Positions 1 through 4,447 of a stretch of DNA of 4,447 nucleotides are shown in pieces; position 1 is the stretch's first letter, and each line of letters starts with the position of its first letter. The DNA is from a virus (lineage: Duplodnaviria; Heunggongvirae; Uroviricota; Caudoviricetes). The translations under genes and the position numbers were made by a program. The notes under the pieces are model-generated. The model made no database searches. It was not told where the DNA came from and saw only the letters and a program-made list of their open reading frames with translations. The stretch lies in IMG/VR virus record IMGVR_UViG_2778261170_000007. One strand, written 5' to 3'.

Positions 1-471
1 CCCGTTCCGTGGCCCTTAGAAACACCACCAACGGGCTGGCTAAAATGTAACGGAGCAGCATTTTCTTCTGAAAAGTATCCCAAACTGGCAAAAGCCTACC
101 CCACCAATAAATTACCGGATTTACGGGGAGAATTTATTCGCGGTTGGGATGATGGGCGCGGGGTGGATGCTGGCCGCGCTTTGCTTAATTGGCAGCCACA
201 CACAATTTTGGACCATGCACACTATATGGAATTATGGACAGGGGACGGACTCGCCGCAGGAAGTGCACGGGAAGGCGTAAATCCAGGAATACTAGCTACA
301 TACGGTGACGGGGGAATAGTTAAAACGGACGAACCCGGTCATAAGGTGCCTTCCTCACTACGAGCTATTAGCTCTCGTAGTGTTAAACGTTATGGTGAAA
401 TTAGTGGAAATGTAGGTACAGAAACTCGCCCTCGCAACGTTGCATTTAATTACATCGTAAGGGCGGCATAA
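1..471 (+). CDS. Tail-fiber tip / receptor-binding cassette A (tail-collar domain family), 5'-partial at window edge
   Basis: Frame 1 is open from nt 1 to TAA at 469-471. Translation PVPWPLETPPTGWLKCNGAAFSSEKYPKLAKAYPTNKLPDLRGEFIRGWDDGRGVDAGR...ETRPRNVAFNYIVRAA carries the tail-collar signature (P-x-GW-x-C-NG, LPDLRG-F-RG-D-GRG). HAH motif at 214-222. Nucleotide-identical in reverse complement to 3977-4447. Confidence 0.8.
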   Translation, partial: PVPWPLETPPTGWLKCNGAAFSSEKYPKLAKAYPTNKLPDLRGEFIRGWDDGRGVDAGRALLNWQPHTILDHAHYMELWTGDGLAAGSAREGVNPGILATYGDGGIVKTDEPGHKVPSSLRAISSRSVKRYGEISGNVGTETRPRNVAFNYIVRAA

Positions 472-483
472 AAACGTTGGTTT
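1..483. repeat. Left arm of a perfect >=483-bp inverted repeat (pairs with 3965-4447); truncated by the window edge
   Basis: Position x on the + strand equals the reverse complement of position 4448-x. Identity ends at 484 (g versus a), immediately after the conserved junction spacer. Confidence 0.85.
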
Positions 484-495
484 GGGGGAAGGCTC
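456..495 (+). repeat. Conserved 40-bp inter-cassette junction (candidate recombination/crossover site), A-B
   Basis: CGTAAGGGCGGCATAAAAACGTTGGTTTGGGGGAAGGCTC: last codons of one cassette, TAA, a 10-nt non-coding spacer AAACGTTGGT, and the first codons of the next. The identical 40-mer recurs at 3027-3066 and 3466-3505 on the minus strand. Confidence 0.5.
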
Positions 496-943
496 TGCAC
501 TGCCCGTTGGTGTGCCCGTTCCGTGGCCCTTAGAAACACCACCAACGGGCTGGCTAAAATGTAACGGAGCAGCATTTTCTTCTGAAAAGTACCCAAAACT
601 GGCAAAGGCTTACCCTACTAATAAATTGCCGGATTTACGCGGTGAATTTATTCGTGGCTGGGATGACGGACGTGGTGTGGATGCCGGGCGACAATTATTA
701 TCTTCACAGGGGGATGCAATAAGAAATATTGAGGGGTTCGCAGATGGCGGGATTGGCATGTCTTTTGATGCAATCAGAGGGGCTTTTTATGATGCAGGAA
801 CACGATCAGCGAGAATGCCGAATAACACAACTACTATAGACAAAACCGATGACCTTGGATTCGACGCCTCTCGTGTCGTGCCAACAGCTAATGAAAACCG
901 TCCTCGTAATATTGCCTTTAATTACATCGTAAGGGCGGCATAA
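482..943 (+). CDS. Tail-fiber tip / receptor-binding cassette B (tail-collar domain family)
   Basis: ORF with a TTG at the conserved module start (482) and TAA at 941-943. N-terminal block of subtype A (PLETPP, YPKLAKAYPTNK), a unique variable core with no HxH, and the conserved C-terminus ENRPRNIAFNYIVRAA. No ATG or convincing Shine-Dalgarno, so the true start is uncertain. Confidence 0.75.
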   Translation: MGEGSALPVGVPVPWPLETPPTGWLKCNGAAFSSEKYPKLAKAYPTNKLPDLRGEFIRGWDDGRGVDAGRQLLSSQGDAIRNIEGFADGGIGMSFDAIRGAFYDAGTRSARMPNNTTTIDKTDDLGFDASRVVPTANENRPRNIAFNYIVRAA

Positions 944-967
944 AAACGTTGGTTTAGGGGAAGGCTC
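928..967 (+). repeat. Conserved 40-bp inter-cassette junction, B-C (variant with TTA in place of TTG)
   Basis: Differs from the 456-495 junction by one substitution (TTG to TTA); identical to the minus-strand junction at 3953-3992. Confidence 0.5.
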
Positions 968-983
968 GGCGCTGCCCGTTGGC

Positions 984-1451
984 GTGCCTGTTCCATGGCC
1001 CTCAGCCACACCTCCAACGGGGTGGCTGAAATGCAATGGTGCAGCATTTTCTTCTGAAAAGTACCCAAATCTGGCAAAGGTTTACCCAACGTTAAAATTA
1101 CCTGATTTACGCGGTGAGTTTATCCGTGGTTGGGATGATGGGCGAGGGATTGACTCTGGTCGCTCTATTTTAAGCGAGCAAGGATATGCAACGGAGGATC
1201 ATGCTCACGGATTACCGTCAAAATCAACCGTAGCAACTGACCGCTCAATTAATTTCTACTTTGACGAGGCATGGGCTACTAGTGGTAATACGGGAGTTAT
1301 CAGATGGGGGAACACAAGCGATGCAGGATTGCCAGCCCCTAATTATGGAACTTTTAAAACATATAAACAGTCCGTAGCTAATTTAGGTACTGCTGGCTTA
1401 GAAACCCGCCCTCGTAATGTTGCATTTAATTATATTGTGAGGGCGGATTAA
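984..1451 (+). CDS. Tail-fiber tip / receptor-binding cassette C (tail-collar domain family); conserved module actually begins at 954
   Basis: The conserved module start codon is TTA at 954-956 (TTG in other cassettes); the first possible start is GTG at 984. The frame is open from 933. Subtype-B N-terminal block (PSATPP, YPNLAKVYPTLK), HAH motif at 1200-1208, C-terminus ETRPRNVAFNYIVRAD, TAA at 1449-1451. Confidence 0.7.
   Translation: MPVPWPSATPPTGWLKCNGAAFSSEKYPNLAKVYPTLKLPDLRGEFIRGWDDGRGIDSGRSILSEQGYATEDHAHGLPSKSTVATDRSINFYFDEAWATSGNTGVIRWGNTSDAGLPAPNYGTFKTYKQSVANLGTAGLETRPRNVAFNYIVRAD
987..1147. repeat. Left arm of a 161-bp perfect inverted repeat (pairs with 2333-2493) in the conserved 5' block of cassette C
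   Basis: 10-mer by 10-mer comparison of 987-1147 with the reverse complement of 2333-2493 shows identity, bounded by mismatches at 986 and 1148. Confidence 0.85.
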
Positions 1452-1456
1452 TTATA

Positions 1457-2068
1457 TCAACTGGCTGTAGAAAGTTGTTTTTCAGGCCAGTTGAGATCTG
1501 GTGCCGTGGTTAAATCCATCGCGTTCAGCTCGTCTATATAATCTAGCACGGAGTTAAGCTGCGTGGTTTCTGCCTGCGTCAACTTCCGTCCAGCCCGTAA
1601 TTTCAACTGAATCAGACTAATGGAATCCATCGCAGTATCAATCAATGACTGACGTTTTGTTTCTGCTGCCTCTACAGCTGCACTATGTTGAGCCTCAGTA
1701 TCAACCACCCATTTCTCTCCATCCCATTTGTCGTATGGTGTTAGCGGGGCGATAGTGGTTGTATTTTCCGGATAGTCACCCAACACCGTGATTTCTTCGG
1801 GATTCCCAGTGTCAATGCTATAGACAGTTTCGCCACGATGATCTGGCACATACTCCCATGAACTTAAATCCTCTGAACGGAGAATCGCATAACCTGCTTT
1901 ATGTGAGCCTGGAGCATCCAAACAAGAATTTGCCGGAATACCAACGCCAACAGCAAGATATTCAGTTGATGCAGAAATATATTCCCGATTACCACCATCA
2001 TAGTTATAAACGATAATGTTTCCTGCCTGTATGGCTATAAGTTCGCTATTTAATATCGCATTATCCAT
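1457..2068 (-). CDS. tfa: Phage tail fiber assembly protein (Tfa; Mu U / P2 G / lambda Tfa-like chaperone)
   Basis: 203-aa ORF with a canonical ATG at 2066-2068 and TGA at 1457-1459. The C-terminal region ...KWDGEKWVVDTEAQHSAAVEAAETKRQSLIDTAMDSISLIQLKLRAGRKLTQAETTQLNSVLDYIDELNAMDLTTAPDLNWPE matches, from memory, the conserved C-terminal domain of enterobacterial tail fiber assembly proteins (DTEA..., STAPDIEWP-like end). Its start overlaps the stop of the upstream cassette (TAATGG), indicating translational coupling. Confidence 0.85.
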   Translation of the reverse strand: MDNAILNSELIAIQAGNIIVYNYDGGNREYISASTEYLAVGVGIPANSCLDAPGSHKAGYAILRSEDLSSWEYVPDHRGETVYSIDTGNPEEITVLGDYPENTTTIAPLTPYDKWDGEKWVVDTEAQHSAAVEAAETKRQSLIDTAMDSISLIQLKLRAGRKLTQAETTQLNSVLDYIDELNAMDLTTAPDLNWPEKQLSTAS

Positions 2069-2526
2069 TATGCTGCTCTCACAATATAATTGAAGGCAAT
2101 GTTACGTGGGCGGGTTTCATTCCCCCCAGATAACTCCGTTCTGTATTGACTGGTAAATTTACCATTAATCGCTCCTTCTTGGACGGCGTTATCTGTCGAC
2201 AACAGACTATCCCCCCCTCTGTCATTTGGCACCAATACCGTGTTATCCCACGCGTCCCATGACCGAATATTATGATAATGACTTCCTGTTAACCACCCCT
2301 GTATGCTTAAGATGACCCTTCCCGCATCCACACCTCGCCCATCATCCCAACCACGGATAAACTCACCGCGTAAATCAGGTAATTTTAACGTTGGGTAAAC
2401 CTTTGCCAGATTTGGGTACTTTTCAGAAGAAAATGCTGCACCATTGCATTTCAGCCACCCCGTTGGAGGTGTGGCTGAGGGCCATGGAACAGGTACACCA
2501 ACGGGCAGCGCCGAGCCTTCTCCCAA
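2068..2526 (-). CDS. Tail-fiber tip / receptor-binding cassette D (tail-collar domain family), coupled to tfa
   Basis: TTG at 2524-2526, TAA at 2068-2070 overlapping the tfa ATG. Subtype-B N-terminal block, HYH motif at 2272-2280, C-terminus ETRPRNIAFNYIVRAA. Confidence 0.8.
   Translation of the reverse strand: MGEGSALPVGVPVPWPSATPPTGWLKCNGAAFSSEKYPNLAKVYPTLKLPDLRGEFIRGWDDGRGVDAGRVILSIQGWLTGSHYHNIRSWDAWDNTVLVPNDRGGDSLLSTDNAVQEGAINGKFTSQYRTELSGGNETRPRNIAFNYIVRAA
2333..2493. repeat. Right arm of the 161-bp perfect inverted repeat (pairs with 987-1147) in the conserved 5' block of cassette D
   Basis: See the left arm. Together the two arms bracket 1148-2332, which holds the cassette C variable core, tfa and the cassette D variable core. 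Confidence 0.85.
2341..2439. repeat. 99-bp perfect direct repeat, copy 1 (cassette D 5' block); copy 2 at 2865-2963
   Basis: 2341-2439 is identical to 2865-2963 (atcatcccaaccacggataaactcaccgcg...aaaatgctgc); flanking sequence is similar but has substitutions. Confidence 0.8.
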
Positions 2527-2552
2527 ACCAATGTTTTTATGCTGCCCTTACG
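2513..2552 (-). repeat. Conserved 40-bp inter-cassette junction, E-D (most divergent copy, 3 substitutions)
   Basis: Minus-strand sequence CGTAAGGGCAGCATAAAAACATTGGTTTGGGAGAAGGCTC. Confidence 0.45.
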
Positions 2553-3040
2553 ATGTAATTAAAAGCAACGTTGCGGGGGCGCATTGATATCCATGCCCCG
2601 GTAAAATTATCCTCTGCCGTCCTTTGAGTACCCGTTATGGAGTTATCTGCTGATGCTGGAACATAATCGCTATTATCTCCTGCTTTAGGATTAGCAGGGT
2701 TTCCAACAGTTATAACAGAATCAGCAGTAGCATAAGCGATACCTACTTTGACATTAGTAGTCAGATCGACACCGTAATAATCCTGCAAAGCTGTACGAAT
2801 AAATGTTGCAGTCTGACCACTTAGCAATGAACGCCCTGTATCAATCCCTCTCGAATCATCCCAACCACGGATAAACTCACCGCGTAAATCAGGTAATTTT
2901 AACGTTGGGTAAACCTTTGCCAGATTTGGGTACTTTTCAGAAGAAAATGCTGCTCCGTTACATTTCAGCCACCCCGTTGGCGGTGTGGCTGAGGGCCATG
3001 GAACAGGCACGCCAACGGGCAGCGCCGAGCCTTCCCCCAA
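2537..3040 (-). CDS. Tail-fiber tip / receptor-binding cassette E (tail-collar domain family)
   Basis: TTG at 3038-3040, TAA at 2537-2539. Subtype-B N-terminal block, the longest variable core (about 81 aa, no HxH), C-terminus MRPRNVAFNYIVRAA. Confidence 0.75.
   Translation of the reverse strand: MGEGSALPVGVPVPWPSATPPTGWLKCNGAAFSSEKYPNLAKVYPTLKLPDLRGEFIRGWDDSRGIDTGRSLLSGQTATFIRTALQDYYGVDLTTNVKVGIAYATADSVITVGNPANPKAGDNSDYVPASADNSITGTQRTAEDNFTGAWISMRPRNVAFNYIVRAA
2865..2963. repeat. 99-bp perfect direct repeat, copy 2 (cassette E 5' block)
   Basis: Identical to 2341-2439. Confidence 0.8.
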
Positions 3041-3066
3041 ACCAACGTTTTTATGCCGCCCTTACG
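3027..3066 (-). repeat. Conserved 40-bp inter-cassette junction, F-E
   Basis: Minus-strand sequence identical to the 456-495 junction. Confidence 0.5.
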
Positions 3067-3479
3067 ATATAATTAAACGCAATGTTACGAGGACGAATGG
3101 TTACATAATTAACCCCATCACCTCGTGAAGGCCCTGCAAATGAAAAACGGGAAAATCCTGGTTGGTTAGAAACAATTTGGTCATAGTTATTGATTGAATG
3201 ACCAGACCCAATGTCGAAATTACCTCCGTAATGAGAAAAACTTGTACCATCCTGCCCTGAAAGCAGGGTACGTCCCGCATCAATCCCGCGCCCATCATCC
3301 CAGCCACGGATAAATTCACCGCGTAAATCCGGTAATTTATTGGTGGGGTAGGCTTTTGCCAGTTTGGGATACATTTCAGAAGAAAATGCTGCACCATTGC
3401 ATTTTAGCCAGCCAGTTGGTGGTGTTTCTAAGGGCCACGGAACGGGCACACCAACAGGCAATGCAGAGCCTTCCCCCAA
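3051..3479 (-). CDS. Tail-fiber tip / receptor-binding cassette F (tail-collar domain family)
   Basis: TTG at 3477-3479, TAA at 3051-3053. Subtype-A N-terminal block (PLETPP, EMYPKLAKAYPTNK), the shortest variable core (about 56 aa), C-terminus IRPRNIAFNYIVRAA. Confidence 0.75.
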   Translation of the reverse strand: MGEGSALPVGVPVPWPLETPPTGWLKCNGAAFSSEMYPKLAKAYPTNKLPDLRGEFIRGWDDGRGIDAGRTLLSGQDGTSFSHYGGNFDIGSGHSINNYDQIVSNQPGFSRFSFAGPSRGDGVNYVTIRPRNIAFNYIVRAA

Positions 3480-3505
3480 ACCAACGTTTTTATGCCGCCC
3501 TTACG
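3466..3505 (-). repeat. Conserved 40-bp inter-cassette junction, G-F
   Basis: Minus-strand sequence identical to the 456-495 junction. Confidence 0.5.
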
Positions 3506-3948
3506 ATGTAATTAAATGCGATATTTCGTGGACGGGTTTCACTCCCGCCAGTATTACCAATACTCCCTCGAGAATGAAGTGTCGGTGATGGAATCAAATT
3601 CCCTCCTGTATTTGAGGCATCAAGCCCCCGTCCTTGTGTGTATGTTTTTTTGAAAATTGTCGCCAGCTCCCATTCATCTTTTGTGTCGTAACCATCATTG
3701 GCTACAACAATATGTCGGTGCTTTTCCAGCATTCCTGTCTGAATGCTCAATAAAGCACGTCCCGCATCCACCCCGCGCCCATCATCCCAGCCGCGAATAA
3801 ATTCTCCCCGTAAATCCGGTAATTTATTGGTGGGATAAGCCTTTGCCAGTTTTGGGTACTTTTCAGAAGAAAATGCTGCTCCGTTGCATTTTAGCCAGCC
3901 TGTTGGCGGAGTGGCTGAGGGCCACGGAACAGGTACGCCAACAGGCAA
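3490..3948 (-). CDS. Tail-fiber tip / receptor-binding cassette G (tail-collar domain family); conserved module extends to 3966
   Basis: The conserved module start is TTA at 3964-3966; the first possible start is TTG at 3946-3948. TAA at 3490-3492. Chimeric N-terminal block (PSATPP of subtype B followed by YPKLAKAYPTNK of subtype A), HRH motif at 3712-3720, C-terminus ETRPRNIAFNYIVRAA. Confidence 0.7.
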   Translation of the reverse strand: MPVGVPVPWPSATPPTGWLKCNGAAFSSEKYPKLAKAYPTNKLPDLRGEFIRGWDDGRGVDAGRALLSIQTGMLEKHRHIVVANDGYDTKDEWELATIFKKTYTQGRGLDASNTGGNLIPSPTLHSRGSIGNTGGSETRPRNIAFNYIVRAA

Positions 3949-3952
3949 TGCT

Positions 3953-3992
3953 GAGCCTTCCCCTAAACCAACGTTTTTATGCCGCCCTTACG
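3953..3992 (-). repeat. Conserved 40-bp inter-cassette junction, A'-G (TTA variant)
   Basis: Minus-strand sequence identical to the 928-967 junction. Confidence 0.5.
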
Positions 3993-4447
3993 ATGTAATT
4001 AAATGCAACGTTGCGAGGGCGAGTTTCTGTACCTACATTTCCACTAATTTCACCATAACGTTTAACACTACGAGAGCTAATAGCTCGTAGTGAGGAAGGC
4101 ACCTTATGACCGGGTTCGTCCGTTTTAACTATTCCCCCGTCACCGTATGTAGCTAGTATTCCTGGATTTACGCCTTCCCGTGCACTTCCTGCGGCGAGTC
4201 CGTCCCCTGTCCATAATTCCATATAGTGTGCATGGTCCAAAATTGTGTGTGGCTGCCAATTAAGCAAAGCGCGGCCAGCATCCACCCCGCGCCCATCATC
4301 CCAACCGCGAATAAATTCTCCCCGTAAATCCGGTAATTTATTGGTGGGGTAGGCTTTTGCCAGTTTGGGATACTTTTCAGAAGAAAATGCTGCTCCGTTA
4401 CATTTTAGCCAGCCCGTTGGTGGTGTTTCTAAGGGCCACGGAACGGG
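3965..4447. repeat. Right arm of the perfect >=483-bp inverted repeat (pairs with 1-483)
   Basis: Reverse complement matches 1-483 on the blocks checked; the arm runs to the window edge and so probably continues beyond it. Confidence 0.85.
3977..4447 (-). CDS. Tail-fiber tip / receptor-binding cassette A' (inverted identical copy of cassette A), 5'-partial at window edge
   Basis: The minus-strand frame is open to the window end, with TAA at 3977-3979. The reverse complement of 3965-4447 equals 1-483; this was checked on 1-180, 177-246, 241-300, 308-427 and the 3' junction. Confidence 0.8.
   Translation of the reverse strand, partial: PVPWPLETPPTGWLKCNGAAFSSEKYPKLAKAYPTNKLPDLRGEFIRGWDDGRGVDAGRALLNWQPHTILDHAHYMELWTGDGLAAGSAREGVNPGILATYGDGGIVKTDEPGHKVPSSLRAISSRSVKRYGEISGNVGTETRPRNVAFNYIVRAA

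Noticed and set aside
355-381. 27-nt near-palindrome (CACTACGAGCTATTAGCTCTCGTAGTG) inside the cassette A variable core, with a copy at 4067-4093
   Set aside because: It sits inside coding sequence (SSLRAISSRSV) and has no visible partner element. It may form an RNA or DNA hairpin, but there is no evidence of function from sequence alone.
1-483. Terminal inverted repeats of an insertion sequence or transposon
   Set aside because: The arms are full coding cassettes with tail-collar motifs, not short IS-type terminal repeats, and no transposase ORF lies between them.
806-1036. 76-aa minus-strand ORF (MHFSHPVGGVAEGHGTGTPTG...)
   Set aside because: It is the antisense shadow of the conserved cassette 5' block and junction; the same shadow ORF appears wherever that block occurs. 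It has no independent signal and overlaps better-supported coding sequence.
1459-1492. Possible stem-loop (AACTGGC...GCCAGTT) at the convergent gene ends as a bidirectional terminator
   Set aside because: It is a 7-bp stem with a roughly 20-nt loop and no flanking U-tract on either strand, and it lies inside the tfa 3' coding sequence. It is too weak to call a terminator.
3101-3397. 98-aa minus-strand ORF in an alternative frame inside cassette F
   Set aside because: It lies wholly within cassette F on the same strand but out of frame, has no conserved motifs, and has no counterpart in the other cassettes.
3364-3588. 74-aa plus-strand ORF
   Set aside because: Antisense shadow across the cassette F/G junction, in the same class as 806-1036.
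3884-4090. 68-aa plus-strand ORF
   Set aside because: Antisense shadow across the cassette G/A' junction.
1-4447. CRISPR array or diversity-generating retroelement as an explanation for the periodic repeats
   Set aside because: The repeat period is about 470-510 bp and each unit is a protein-coding module, far too long for CRISPR repeats and spacers. Variation is replacement of whole blocks, not adenine-specific substitution, and there is no reverse transcriptase or template repeat, so it is not a DGR.

Overview
The whole window is a dense, gap-free array of eight paralogous ~150-aa cassettes plus one tail fiber assembly (Tfa) chaperone gene; I interpret it as a phage or tailocin tail-fiber receptor-binding-domain switching locus, likely working by DNA inversion. 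Each cassette has a conserved ~70-aa N-terminal block carrying the phage tail-collar signature (PxGWLKCNG...LPDLRGEFIRGWDDGRG), a hypervariable 55-80-aa core, and an invariant C-terminus (ETRPRN[VI]AFNYIVRAA). Three cassettes lie on the + strand (1-471, 482-943, 954/984-1451) and five on the - strand (2068-2526, 2537-3040, 3051-3479, 3490-3948/3966, 3977-4447). The single tfa gene (1457-2068, -) is translationally coupled to the cassette at 2068-2526 and converges on the last + cassette. Cassettes are separated only by a near-invariant junction (TAA + 10-nt spacer + TTG/TTA). Long perfect repeats connect cassettes: a 483-bp inverted repeat at the two window edges, a 161-bp inverted repeat flanking tfa, and a 99-bp direct repeat. 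No recombinase, promoter, terminator or RNA gene is visible. All family assignments are from motif recognition by eye, without database searches.
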